A stretch of DNA of 61,666 bases, counting the filler, from Myxococcota bacterium (GTDB taxonomy: Bacteria; Myxococcota_C; UBA6777), in the NCBI GenBank assembly GCA_023150835.1. It is 9 parts of 9 records of this genome, joined end to end, with 100 filler letters (N's around TTAATTAATTAA, not from the genome) between each part and the next. Parts side by side here need not be neighbours in the genome. Positions count along the whole stretch, not along the records: positions 36,786 to 43,174 come from JAKLKB010000208.1; positions 43,275 to 49,529 come from JAKLKB010000209.1; 7 more parts are not named here. One strand, given 5' to 3'. The notes beneath the pieces are model-generated. The model was not told where the DNA came from, did no database searches, and saw only the letters and a program-made list of their open reading frames with translations. The translations under genes and the position numbers were made by a program. This document shows, piece by piece, positions 37,361-47,505 of the stretch (its first letter is position 1; each line of letters starts with the position of its first letter).

Positions 37361-40300
37361 ATGCGACGAACGAATCTCTGGATGGTTTTCGCACTATGCC
37401 TGTCTGTAGGCGTAAGCGTCGTCACTTCCGCTTGTGGACCACCCGCCCCCAAAAACAAGGGCGAAGAATGCAAAACCAACCAAGACTGCAACAGCAGTCT
37501 GATCTGCAACAGCGGCAAATGCGTGGATGCGCGGTTGCCGAACGATACCCGCAAACCCACCGCCAACGCTGGCAACGATCGTAGTGTCAAAGTCGGCGAA
37601 GAAGTGGCGCTCGATGGCTCCGGCAGCAAAAGCATCGAAGGCAAGCCGTTTACCTACAAGTGGGAACTTAAAACCAAACCCGAAGGCAGCACAGCCAGCC
37701 TCAACGGGGCCGATCAAGCAGGCCCCAAGTTCACCCCCGATAAAGTCGGCGTCTATGTCGCCAGTCTGATCGTCAATGACGGTAAAGCCAGCGATCCTGA
37801 CGAAGTCACCGTCAATGTCGCCTCCGCCAACCGCCCTCCCGTTGCCAATGCCGGCCAAAATGTCCGTGTCGAAGTCGGGAACAAGGTCGATCTCGATGGC
37901 TCCAAGAGTTCGGACCCCGATACGGGCGACAAACTCACTTATACGTGGGAAGTCTTCAAAAAGCCCGATGGTAGCAGCGCCAACCTCTCGGACTCCAAAG
38001 TCGAAAAGCCCTCCATTACACCCGACAAGGTCGGTAGCTACGGCCTCCGCTTGACTGTTAGTGATGGTTCGCTCTCCGCAAGCGCTACCGCCTTTATCGA
38101 GGCCGTCATCAACAACCCCGCTCCCCAACTCAGCAGCCTCAACCCTGCTGCGGGTGCCACCAAAACCAAAACCCGCGTCCAGATCGCCGGAAAGAACTTC
38201 CTCTTTGGTCTCAAACTGCTCTTCGACAAAAAAGAAGTCGCTGGCTATGAGTTCAAAGCCCCCGATCAACTGGTCGCAACCTTCGATCTCACCGCTGTTC
38301 CTGTTGGCAAGTACAAGATCGAAGTCACCAACCCCGATAACAAAACCTCCAACGCCCTCGACTTTGAAGTCGTCGAAGGCGGCACCCCGACCATTACCAA
38401 GCTCTCTCCCGAACTGTTGATCACCGGCCAGTCTCTCCGCCTTGTGGTTGAGGGAACCAACTTCATTGACGGTGCCAAGGTCGTCTTCAACAACAAAGAC
38501 CTCACCACCTTCTTTGATTCCGCCACCAAACTCAACGCTGCGCTCACAGCCCCCGCACCGGGCGAATACGACGTTAAAGTCGTCAACCCCAACGCCAAAG
38601 AAAGCCCCGCGCTCAAGGTGGTCGTCTCAGGTGTCCAAGCCATCCTCACGGACCTATCGCTCGATCGCGCAGGAAGCGATTGTCAAAAAGAAACCATTAC
38701 CGTTCGCGGAAACAACTTCCAACAGGGCCTCTCTGCCGAACTCGTTGACAAAACCGACCCCTCCAAGAAGTTTCCTGCCGTCAAGATCGACGTCGTCTCG
38801 CTCGCCGAAGTCAAACTCGAATTCGACTTCACCAAAGTTCCTGTCGGGGCCTACGACGTGATCGTCAAAAACCCCGATACACCCGCCAGCAAGCCGCTCA
38901 GCTTCTGGGTGACTCCACCCCCCGGAAAACCCGAAGTCCTCAGCATCTTGCCCAACAAGTTCTTCTATGGCGGAAAAACCAAGGTATACGTCACAGGACT
39001 CAACCTCGACAAATCCGCAAGCGTCATCGCTACCGGCTTTACAGGCAAAGTGACGAAAGCCTTTAACTCCGTCTCCTACGAACTTGAGATCGACACCACC
39101 AACGTCACACAAGCCGGAAAACTCACCTTTGAACTTTCCGCCTCTTGTGGACGCAAAAGCGCTCCCATCGAAGTCCAAGCCATCGACGAAGACAAACCCA
39201 AGATCACCCGCGTCGACATCGGCGTCTTCAGCGGAACACCGCCCACCAAAGCGACGATCGTCGGCGAAGGCTTTGGCCTCGCTCCCATCGTCACCGTCAA
39301 CGGAACCGCTGTCACCCCCGTCAAACGCATCGACAGCTACACCCTCGATATCCCCGGCACGCCTTTCACCGCCGTAGGCGATTACAAGTTCGTCGTCGAA
39401 AACAAAGGCGGCAAAAAATCCGATGAATTCACCGCCAAGATGATCCAAGGCAACACACCTGACCCCGGCATGGTGATCGCCAACGCACCTGATAGCACCG
39501 TCTATATCTACCTCGGTGGTACGGGTCTGCGCAGCGGCGAAGGCCCCGCAGGTACCCCGCTCGTGCTGTTCTTTGACCTCAATGGAGTGGCTGTCTGCAC
39601 CGCCAACGGTTTGTCCTCCACCAACAGCGGCGTTTACACCGACGCGATCTATGTGGACTATCCCCTCTCTTGTGAGACGGGCTTGCCCCCCTTGCCCACC
39701 GGCAACTTCTACACACAAGTCGTCAAAGACGACGCCGGCACCAAGCGCTACTCCAACCTCTACCTCATCACAAACAAAGGCGGCGGCGGATCCACCACAA
39801 CCCCCACAGCCACGATCTACCCGCTGTTGCGCTATGCCAGTCCCTCCTCCTTCGTCAATCCCAGCGGGACGACGATCTCCACACAACTTTACTACTACAA
39901 CGCCGGCGCAACCTCCGACACCATCGACGTCTACCTCAACGGCGTAAAACTCGATACCACGGTCGATACCAACTTTACGCTCACACGCACCAGTTCTTAC
40001 TTCACGCTCACGATCAGCAAACCCGCCAACGATACCGCTCACACCGTCGAGATCGCCCTCACCGGAAAAGCTGAAAAGTCCAACACCCTCCAACTCCATG
40101 TGGACGCGACCAGCAAAGTTCGGATGAAAAGCAACGGCTTCTCTAGCTCCTACGAGATGGTCTATGATATCGATACCCCCACAAGCGTCGACTTCGAAAT
40201 CTACGGCGATTTGATCGGCCAAACAGGCAACAAAGTTTCCGTCGGCGGCGTCGAAGAAACCTTGTCGGGAAGCAGCACCCACTACCGTTGGAAAACGTAC

Positions 40301-41332
40301 TCCAGCACCGTCTTCCCCACCAAGTTCCCCACCGCTGGCCCCGTTGCTTACTTCCTCACCAACGGCACCGGCACCAAGATCAGCAACGAAAACATCTACC
40401 AGTTTATCTCCGCCAAAGCGAACGGTTGGGGAACGTACAAGCTGCCGCTAGAGTTGATGTTCCTCTCTCAAGCACTTGCTGCTTACCCCGGTGAAAAAGT
40501 TAAACTACGCCTCGCAGGTGCCGGCTTCCTCAAAGAAGACGCCAGCATGAACAAAGGCGAAATCCTCTACGACGGCAAAGCCACCACCGAATTCACCGTG
40601 ACAGCCCCCACAAGCACCGCCCTCGGCTACGTCGAGACCCAAGAACTTACCATCGACGGAGCCGATCGCGTCTTCCCCGTTCAATTCGCAAACCCCGACA
40701 AAACCAAAACCCGCAGCCTGTACTTTACCGTTCACACCGCAGGTATGCCGATCATCCGCAACTATCTCGTCGATACCAGCACCCTCAACTACACCTTCTC
40801 TGCCTTCATCAAACCCGACCTCAAACGCACCATCGTTCTCGTCGGTGAAGGCTTTGAAAAGAGCAACACGACCTTCTATTTTGCTGGTCGTACCGTGACA
40901 GGCAGCGTCGACGGACCCGGCACCGCCAAAGTCGAGTTGGATACCCGCGAACTCACCCCCGGCTTCTATCCCTTGTGGGTCGAAACCAACGGCAAAAGCA
41001 CCAACACCATCTGGATCAACATCAACAGCGGCGAAAAACCCATCACCGCTGTGCCAAAGTTCAAGATATTCGGGCCGTTCTATCTCGACTCCAAAACCAT
41101 CAAAGGCACCAACACCAAAGCCCGCTTTCTTGTCCAAGGCGATGACCTCTCCTCCGCCCTCACCCTTGTGGTCGGCACCAAAAAAGCCAACCTCGCTTAC
41201 TCCGGATACAGCAACACTTACTTCATCGCCGAGATCGATCTTTCGGGTATGACCGCAGGAAACTACGACGCCTACCTCGAAAATACCGCCGTCGGATACA
41301 CCTCCCCCAAACTCCGCCTCACCCTCGAATAA
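37361..41332 (+). CDS. Large surface lipoprotein with PKD/REJ-like and IPT/TIG repeats
   Basis: Lipobox VTSAC; two P-x-ANAG...LDGS-S...YxW PKD units; several P-x-I-x-x-LSP...G-NF IPT units; AAGGAGG RBS. Confidence 0.87.
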   Translation: MRRTNLWMVFALCLSVGVSVVTSACGPPAPKNKGEECKTNQDCNSSLICNSGKCVDARLPNDTRKPTANAGNDRSVKVGEEVALDGSGSKSIEGKPFTYKWELKTKPEGSTASLNGADQAGPKFTPDKVGVYVASLIVNDGKASDPDEVTVNVASANRPPVANAGQNVRVEVGNKVDLDGSKSSDPDTGDKLTYTWEVFKKPDGSSANLSDSKVEKPSITPDKVGSYGLRLTVSDGSLSASATAFIEAVINNPAPQLSSLNPAAGATKTKTRVQIAGKNFLFGLKLLFDKKEVAGYEFKAPDQLVATFDLTAVPVGKYKIEVTNPDNKTSNALDFEVVEGGTPTITKLSPELLITGQSLRLVVEGTNFIDGAKVVFNNKDLTTFFDSATKLNAALTAPAPGEYDVKVVNPNAKESPALKVVVSGVQAILTDLSLDRAGSDCQKETITVRGNNFQQGLSAELVDKTDPSKKFPAVKIDVVSLAEVKLEFDFTKVPVGAYDVIVKNPDTPASKPLSFWVTPPPGKPEVLSILPNKFFYGGKTKVYVTGLNLDKSASVIATGFTGKVTKAFNSVSYELEIDTTNVTQAGKLTFELSASCGRKSAPIEVQAIDEDKPKITRVDIGVFSGTPPTKATIVGEGFGLAPIVTVNGTAVTPVKRIDSYTLDIPGTPFTAVGDYKFVVENKGGKKSDEFTAKMIQGNTPDPGMVIANAPDSTVYIYLGGTGLRSGEGPAGTPLVLFFDLNGVAVCTANGLSSTNSGVYTDAIYVDYPLSCETGLPPLPTGNFYTQVVKDDAGTKRYSNLYLITNKGGGGSTTTPTATIYPLLRYASPSSFVNPSGTTISTQLYYYNAGATSDTIDVYLNGVKLDTTVDTNFTLTRTSSYFTLTISKPANDTAHTVEIALTGKAEKSNTLQLHVDATSKVRMKSNGFSSSYEMVYDIDTPTSVDFEIYGDLIGQTGNKVSVGGVEETLSGSSTHYRWKTYSSTVFPTKFPTAGPVAYFLTNGTGTKISNENIYQFISAKANGWGTYKLPLELMFLSQALAAYPGEKVKLRLAGAGFLKEDASMNKGEILYDGKATTEFTVTAPTSTALGYVETQELTIDGADRVFPVQFANPDKTKTRSLYFTVHTAGMPIIRNYLVDTSTLNYTFSAFIKPDLKRTIVLVGEGFEKSNTTFYFAGRTVTGSVDGPGTAKVELDTRELTPGFYPLWVETNGKSTNTIWININSGEKPITAVPKFKIFGPFYLDSKTIKGTNTKARFLVQGDDLSSALTLVVGTKKANLAYSGYSNTYFIAEIDLSGMTAGNYDAYLENTAVGYTSPKLRLTLE

Positions 41333-41466
41333 TCCGCCCTCTCTGCCCTCTCCCTTTCTTTCCCTCTCGCCAATCCTCCCCACACCTTGTAAAGTGCTCG
41401 GCTCAAAAAGGCCGATGTACCGATGCCTCCCCGTCTTCGATCTCTGCACTTGATCAGGAGCTTTGA

Positions 41467-42372
41467 ATGGTCCGAATCGCCCATCTGTCCGACATCCACA
41501 TCTCTTCGCCCACCGCCACCCTCGCTCGCCTGTGGCAAGGAAAACGCCTGCTCGGTGGCATGAATATGTTATTATTCCGCCGCCATGAACTCCAAAACCT
41601 CCGATTCCCCGCCCTCCTCCATCACCTCGAAGCACAACACGTCGATCACATCATCCTCTCGGGCGATCTCACCACCACCTCCCTCCATGCCGAATTCCAA
41701 CACGCTCGCCTCGAACTCAACCCCTTCTTCAAAAACCACACCCTCACCACCATCCCCGGAAACCACGACATCTACACCCCTCGCGAAGCCGACGAACGCC
41801 GATACGAACATTATTTCGCCGAAACACACGGCCCTTCCGAGTCCTCACACGGCTACCCTTTTGTCAAGATCATCCACCCCCATATCGCGGTCATCGGACT
41901 CAATAGCTGCGTTCCCACCGGCCTCTCAGGAGCATGGGGCCTGCTCGACGACGAGCAACTGCAACGCCTCCCTGCCCTGCTTCGCGCACACCAAGACCAC
42001 TTCCGCATCCTTGTCCTACATCACTTTTTGCTCGATCGTCACGGATATCACGGCCTCCCACGACGCGGACTGCGCAACCGCGACGCCCTTCTCTCCATCC
42101 TCCAAAAAGAAGGGTGCGAACTCGTCCTACACGGCCACGAACACGCCCGCTACCGCTACTCCCTCGACGGACCACATCGCCCCATCCCCGTCCATAACCC
42201 CGGCCCCGCCACCTGCGTAAGCTCCGCACGCCATCACCCCGGTGGATACTTGATCTACGATATCCAAGATCAACGCATCGCCTCCATCCAAGGCTTTGTC
42301 CTCTCTTATCCCGACGGACACATCCAACCCGACGACACCTTCCCCTCGATCAGCCCCCTCCCTGCTTCCTGA
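41467..42372 (+). CDS. Metallophosphoesterase (calcineurin-like, CpdA/Icc type)
   Basis: HLSDIH, SGDLT, PGNHD, LHH and LHGHEH motifs. Confidence 0.9.
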   Translation: MVRIAHLSDIHISSPTATLARLWQGKRLLGGMNMLLFRRHELQNLRFPALLHHLEAQHVDHIILSGDLTTTSLHAEFQHARLELNPFFKNHTLTTIPGNHDIYTPREADERRYEHYFAETHGPSESSHGYPFVKIIHPHIAVIGLNSCVPTGLSGAWGLLDDEQLQRLPALLRAHQDHFRILVLHHFLLDRHGYHGLPRRGLRNRDALLSILQKEGCELVLHGHEHARYRYSLDGPHRPIPVHNPGPATCVSSARHHPGGYLIYDIQDQRIASIQGFVLSYPDGHIQPDDTFPSISPLPAS

Positions 42373-42402
42373 TCCAACAGAATGTGGCTTAGAGTTTGTT
42401 TT

Positions 42403-42530
42403 GGTGGGGCGCTGCCCCACGCCCCGCCATAGACTGTCGCCCCTTGACCCCGCGTTGGCGAACAGATCATCGTTTTTCAAAACAACAACGCTGTCGCTTG
42501 ATAGGGCGCGAACACGGGGGGTTTGTCCAC
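42403..42530 (+). repeat. Dispersed ~130-bp intergenic repeat (family B), copy 2
   Basis: Homologous to 12497-12625. Confidence 0.65.
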
Positions 42531-42568
42531 AAGCCACACAGGCCCTGCTCAGGCGCAAACAACGCACC

Positions 42569-43165
42569 CTATTCTTTCTTTCCTTCGATCTGATACACGA
42601 TCACCAACGAGCTTTGATACTCCACCTCCACCCGCGTTGATCCTCCCGCCACCGTCACTCTCGCCCCCGCTCCCCCCTGAATTCCTAGCCACAACGGACC
42701 CAACCGCCCCATCAACCAGATATCCAACAGCGATGACTGCCGAAACTGCATCGGTTGCGTAGATTGCAACGCCACAGGCAACACCAGCTGCACCGAAAAC
42801 AACAACCGATCCAAACGCAAATGCCCCCCCAATGCCGGCGAAAAGACCCCTTCCACCGAGGGATTGTTCACAGGATACCGCACACTCGCCGCCAACAACA
42901 AATCGATCTGCCAACCCCTCCCCTCCCCCCACAATGGAATCCGACCCCCCATCGATCCACCAATCGCCGCATCCAACGGGCGAAACTCCAAACTCGCCCC
43001 CACATACTCCAAGATCCAACCCCCCACCGATATCTCAGGAAATCCACCCACCAACCCCACACTCTGCCCCCTCAACGGCAAACGCAAATACAACGCATCC
43101 GCCTCCACCCGAAACACCACCCCCACCCACAACAACACCACCACAACACTCCGAACCCACCACAT
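42569..43165 (-). CDS. Hypothetical exported protein, possibly an outer-membrane beta-barrel; start at the contig edge uncertain
   Basis: Signal-like N-terminus and alternating hydrophobic beta-strand pattern. Confidence 0.55.
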   Translation of the reverse strand: MWWVRSVVVVLLWVGVVFRVEADALYLRLPLRGQSVGLVGGFPEISVGGWILEYVGASLEFRPLDAAIGGSMGGRIPLWGEGRGWQIDLLLAASVRYPVNNPSVEGVFSPALGGHLRLDRLLFSVQLVLPVALQSTQPMQFRQSSLLDIWLMGRLGPLWLGIQGGAGARVTVAGGSTRVEVEYQSSLVIVYQIEGKKE

Positions 43166-43305
43166 CCTTCTCTCNNNNNNNNNNNNNNNNNNNNNNNNNN
43201 NNNNNNNNNNNNNNNNNNTTAATTAATTAANNNNNNNNNNNNNNNNNNNNNNNNNNNNNNNNNNNNNNNNNNNNAAGTGCTTTTGGACGAATGGATCTGC
43301 TCGGG

Positions 43306-44682
43306 CTACATACCCGTTTTGTCGCTGTGAGCGGTCTTTTGGGGGGATCTTGCGGGAGGTGCTTTGGGGGGGGCCTCTTCTTTTTTCTTGTCGTCCAGTA
43401 CCTTGACGCGGACGCCCGGCTTGTAAAAGTTTTGCCCTTCGATGATCAGTCGCTGGTTGGCTTGTAGCCCTGATGTCACTTGAACCATCGTATTATCGGG
43501 CGATTCCAACCCGATGCGGATCTGTTGACGGCGGGGGATATTGTCTTCTTCCATCAACAAGACGGCGAGATCTTTTTGTTGGAGGGCGGCGTTGTAGCCG
43601 AAAGAGTTGTTGAGAAGGGCCGTAAGGGGGATCATCAGTGCGTTTCGATGCACTTTGACGAGCAGGGTGACGCGTGCGATCATGCCGGGTTTGAGGGGGT
43701 GAAGCTCGGCACAGCGGTTTTGGTGACACTGGGTTCCTTTGGCACAAGGGGGGGCGGGTTTTTTGGCGGAAGGCGGTGTGCAAGAGCGCTCAGGCTGGAC
43801 GGGATAGAAGTTGGGGATACGGATCTCGACAGGGGCGGTGCGGGTATCGAGATCGAGGGTGGGCGCGATTTTGTTCACGCGCCCCTCAAATACGCGCTCT
43901 CCGTATGCTGCGACTGTGATCGAGGCTTTGTCGCCGATGCGGATCTTCATCAGATCGCGTTCGGTGACGTTGATCTGGACCTTGACTTCGTCCATATCGG
44001 CGATCGAAAACAGCGGAAACTGCGCGGTCGCCATCTCGCCGATCTGTCGATAGCGACGACCCACGATACCTTTGATCGGAGAGCGCACGATCGCGTTTTG
44101 TTTGGCGGTTTGGGCTTGACCGACGGCGGCTCTCAGCGAGGCGATCTGGGCTTGGAGGGCGCGGATCTGGGCTTCTGCGGCTTGCACTTGTGTGGTGGCG
44201 CTGTCGTACTGGCTTTTGAGTTGATCGACTTGTTGCTCGCCGACGGCTCCGCTTTTGTATAAGCGCCGCAGGCGCTTGAGTTCGCGTAGCGCCGATTCAC
44301 GCGACAACACGGCCCCCGACAGCTGCACCCGCGCCCCCGCAAGATTTGCATACGTCGCTGCGAGTTGCGCTTCGGCTTGGGCCACCGCTTGCCGCAGTCG
44401 TGTGTGTTCGATCACGGCCAACAGTTGGCCTTGTTTGACTTCTTCTCCCACATCCGCATGGAGCGATTTGATGCGATCAGGAACCGTCGCATACACCTGC
44501 ACTTGGGCTTCGCCCTCGATATCACCTGTAAAGCGCAGCAATTCCGGCAGATCCGTTTGCACGACCTTCCCCACCTGCACATAAATAGGCGGTTCTTCTT
44601 TTTTGGTCTCGGGCTTTTTGCATCCCCAAAGCATCCACACGCTGCACAACACCAAACACACCGATCTCCACCGCATTCCCAT
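43306..44682 (-). CDS. RND efflux periplasmic adaptor (membrane fusion lipoprotein)
   Basis: Lipobox LWGC; biotinyl-like VGEEVKQGQLL; coiled coil; VRSPIKGIV; LDTRT; LKPGM. Confidence 0.9.
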   Translation of the reverse strand: MGMRWRSVCLVLCSVWMLWGCKKPETKKEEPPIYVQVGKVVQTDLPELLRFTGDIEGEAQVQVYATVPDRIKSLHADVGEEVKQGQLLAVIEHTRLRQAVAQAEAQLAATYANLAGARVQLSGAVLSRESALRELKRLRRLYKSGAVGEQQVDQLKSQYDSATTQVQAAEAQIRALQAQIASLRAAVGQAQTAKQNAIVRSPIKGIVGRRYRQIGEMATAQFPLFSIADMDEVKVQINVTERDLMKIRIGDKASITVAAYGERVFEGRVNKIAPTLDLDTRTAPVEIRIPNFYPVQPERSCTPPSAKKPAPPCAKGTQCHQNRCAELHPLKPGMIARVTLLVKVHRNALMIPLTALLNNSFGYNAALQQKDLAVLLMEEDNIPRRQQIRIGLESPDNTMVQVTSGLQANQRLIIEGQNFYKPGVRVKVLDDKKKEEAPPKAPPARSPQKTAHSDKTGM

Positions 44683-44844
44683 GACACTCACTCGCTTGTT
44701 CTGGTCCACCTGACTTTGTGCGTCCACCAACCGACAGATCGCGACCTTTTTGATGCAATTTTTTTTCGGTTCATCAACCGAAAAAACATTCGCAGGAAAG
44801 TAGGCTGTGTGTTGTGGGGTGTCAAGGATGGAAAATCGGGTTTG

Positions 44845-46254
44845 TCAAGGAGAGGCGGGAGGGGGTAGGGCGGAGCGGATCTTGGTGGGCCGTCGGGGAT
44901 TTTTTTCGTCGAGGATGGCTCTTGCGGCGCGAAGGGCTTCGCGAAATGTTTGTTCGAGACTCCAAGAGCGAAAGCTGCTGTGCATACCGATGGCGCGGAG
45001 TCTGCGTGTGCCGGTGATGAAGGCTTGGAGTGGGCGGAGGTTTTCTTCTTGAGCGAGATCAGGATCGGGAAAAGCAAAGGCTTCGCGGTGGACGGTGGCT
45101 TCGAGGATCTGGTGAGGGACGACGAGTTGGGCTTCTTGGAGGCCGGGGAGGCAACGTTGGAGGATCTCTTCGGCGGGGGCGCGAAGGAGGGGGTGATCTT
45201 CGGGGAAGATGCACTCGACGCTCAAACAAGCCCGATCTTTGGGGAGAGTGGAAGAGGAGAGAGGTTGGGCAAAGCTTGCGCGGAAAAAGGGGTATTGTTT
45301 GGCGGGGAAATAAAACCAGCGTTGCGTGTCGGCTTTTTCTTGTTGCACGATGAGTCGGAGCATGAGCAAGGAGCGATGTCGCAAGCGGGCCATCTGTTCG
45401 AGGAGTGCGTGGTTGGGCAGGGGATCAAGGAGCGGAAACAGCGAAGGCAAGGGGATGGTGGAAAAGACGTACTCTGTGGGGACGTGTTGGACGCGTTGGC
45501 CGTCATCAAAGACGACCGCGCTGACTTCGCCATGAGGGATGAGGATGCGTTGGACGCGGGCGTTGGTGTGGATGATCCCGCCTGATTGGAGGATGCGCGA
45601 TTGGAGGCGTTTGGCGATGGAGCCGATGCCTTCGCTTGGAAAGTGTAGGCTTTGTGTGTAGGGGGTGGGTGGGCGAAAGGCTTCGCGCAAGAGGCTTGCG
45701 ATACCTCCGTTTGAGGGAGGTAGTGGGGTGTTTTGGGTGCTCCACGAGGGCGACAAAAAAGCAGAATCCTCCTGCCAGATCGGGTGGGTTTGTTCGCTGA
45801 GTAGGAGCTGATCGAGCAGGGTGCCGTAGCGTGCTTTGCCTTGGGCGAGATGTTCGCGGCCTTGTTCGCCTTGGAGGCGATAACGCATCTGCAACGAGGC
45901 AAATTCGGCGGTGGCTTGGAGCAAGATCGGCCAAGGGATATCGACCAAAGAGCGCGTCGTTAAGGGATAATTGATCCATCTTCCTTTGAACCACAGCCGT
46001 GATTGGCGCACAGGCACTTGATAACTTCCGCCCATCAGTGCCTTGATCTCGTCGAGCAATAGAGCCTCTCGGGGCATGAACAGATGGGGGCCGACATCAA
46101 AGCGAAACCCTTTCCAAAACAGGCTTTTCGCAAGACCGCCGACTTCGGGTTGGGCTTCCAAGACGCGTGTTTGTACCCCGGCTTCTTGGAGTTTCCATGC
46201 GGTGGTTAATCCGCAAAGACCCCCTCCCAAGATCGTCACATCCTTGATCCCCAT
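44845..46254 (-). CDS. FAD-dependent oxidoreductase (protoporphyrinogen oxidase/amine oxidase-like)
   Basis: ILGGGLCGL, EAQPEVGGL, FDVGPHLF and STIPL motifs. Confidence 0.8.
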   Translation of the reverse strand: MGIKDVTILGGGLCGLTTAWKLQEAGVQTRVLEAQPEVGGLAKSLFWKGFRFDVGPHLFMPREALLLDEIKALMGGSYQVPVRQSRLWFKGRWINYPLTTRSLVDIPWPILLQATAEFASLQMRYRLQGEQGREHLAQGKARYGTLLDQLLLSEQTHPIWQEDSAFLSPSWSTQNTPLPPSNGGIASLLREAFRPPTPYTQSLHFPSEGIGSIAKRLQSRILQSGGIIHTNARVQRILIPHGEVSAVVFDDGQRVQHVPTEYVFSTIPLPSLFPLLDPLPNHALLEQMARLRHRSLLMLRLIVQQEKADTQRWFYFPAKQYPFFRASFAQPLSSSTLPKDRACLSVECIFPEDHPLLRAPAEEILQRCLPGLQEAQLVVPHQILEATVHREAFAFPDPDLAQEENLRPLQAFITGTRRLRAIGMHSSFRSWSLEQTFREALRAARAILDEKNPRRPTKIRSALPPPASP

Positions 46255-46429
46255 CACTTTTCTCCTTCTTCTTTGAAAGAATGGCTTGCCATCTTGATGA
46301 TCTTGTGCTATGCAATCCAACCTTTTCAAGCGTTGGGGCGCTTCCTTTCATACCGCGCCTCATCACAAAGCGCAAACAACAGCCACATATCACGGCTTTT
46401 TGTCACACCATACAAAGGAGAACTCCGTC

Positions 46430-46591
46430 ATGGCCAAGAAAGACGACCGCGTCAACATCAAGCTCAAAAGCACCGAAAGCACCTACATCTACCACACCAT
46501 CAAAAACAAGCGAAACACCACAGAGCGCCTCGAACTGCGCAAGTATGATCCGATCTTGCGCCGTCATGTGAACTTCAAAGAAAGTAAATAG
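46430..46591 (+). CDS. rpmG: 50S ribosomal protein L33 (Cys-free form)
   Basis: [15 protein letters not shown]...[33 protein letters not shown]. Confidence 0.96.
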   Translation: MAKKDDRVNIKLKSTESTYIYHTIKNKRNTTERLELRKYDPILRRHVNFKESK

Positions 46592-46710
46592 CGCGCACCG
46601 CGCCGAAGCTGCTTTCTCGCACGCTCTCTGTTCGATCCCTCCGCTTCTTTTGCTCTCTACCTTTCTTTCGCTTCGCGTTCCATCCATCCCATCATTCGGA
46701 GGCTTTTCTG

Positions 46711-47394
46711 ATGACGGTACACCCGATCCGCATCGCTCCTTCTCTTCTTTCCGCAGATCTCGCCCATCTTGCCGATGAAGTCCGCGCCGTTGAACAAGGT
46801 GGCGCGGATTGGCTTCATATCGATGTGATGGATGGTCGCTTTGTCCCCAACTTGACCTTTGGGATGCCGCTGGTTCGGTCTCTTCGGCCTGTGACGAAGC
46901 TTCCGCTTGACGTCCACTTGATGATCGTCGAACCAGAGCGATACATCGACGTATTCGCCCAAGCGGGAGCGGATCACATCACGGTTCACGCCGAAGCTTG
47001 CCCCCATCTCGAACGGACCCTTGCACAGATCCAAGAGGCGGGATGCAAGGCGGGGGTTGCGCTCAATCCCTCGACTCCGCTTCACGCGCTCGACTATGTC
47101 TGGCATCGCCTCGATCTTGTGTTGATCATGACCGTCAATCCGGGCTTTGGCGGGCAATCTTTCATTCAGGCGACACTCCCAAAGATCCAAGCCTTGTCGC
47201 AAGCTCTCCAACACCACAAACCAGATGCGTTGATCGCGGTCGATGGCGGTGTTTCTCCGCAAACTGCCCCCGCGATCGCGGAGGCTGGGGCTTCTGTGTT
47301 TGTTGCCGGAAATGCGGTCTTTTCAGCAGCTTCTGAGTTGTATGCGCAAAAGATCCACGCCATCCGAGAGGCCGCTGCGTCTGCCCGTCGTTAA
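46711..47394 (+). CDS. rpe: Ribulose-phosphate 3-epimerase
   Basis: IAPSLLSAD, HIDVMDGRFVPN, DVHLM, MTVNPGFGGQ, VDGG. Confidence 0.96.
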   Translation: MTVHPIRIAPSLLSADLAHLADEVRAVEQGGADWLHIDVMDGRFVPNLTFGMPLVRSLRPVTKLPLDVHLMIVEPERYIDVFAQAGADHITVHAEACPHLERTLAQIQEAGCKAGVALNPSTPLHALDYVWHRLDLVLIMTVNPGFGGQSFIQATLPKIQALSQALQHHKPDALIAVDGGVSPQTAPAIAEAGASVFVAGNAVFSAASELYAQKIHAIREAAASARR

Positions 47395-47505
47395 CGCCAT
47401 CGCCACACAAAGCTCCCCACATCGCTTGGTTTGGCGCAGACTCTTCTTTTGATCTGCTCTTTGCTTCGGACAATGCCAGTAGATCGCTACATGACGAGGT
47501 TTTCG

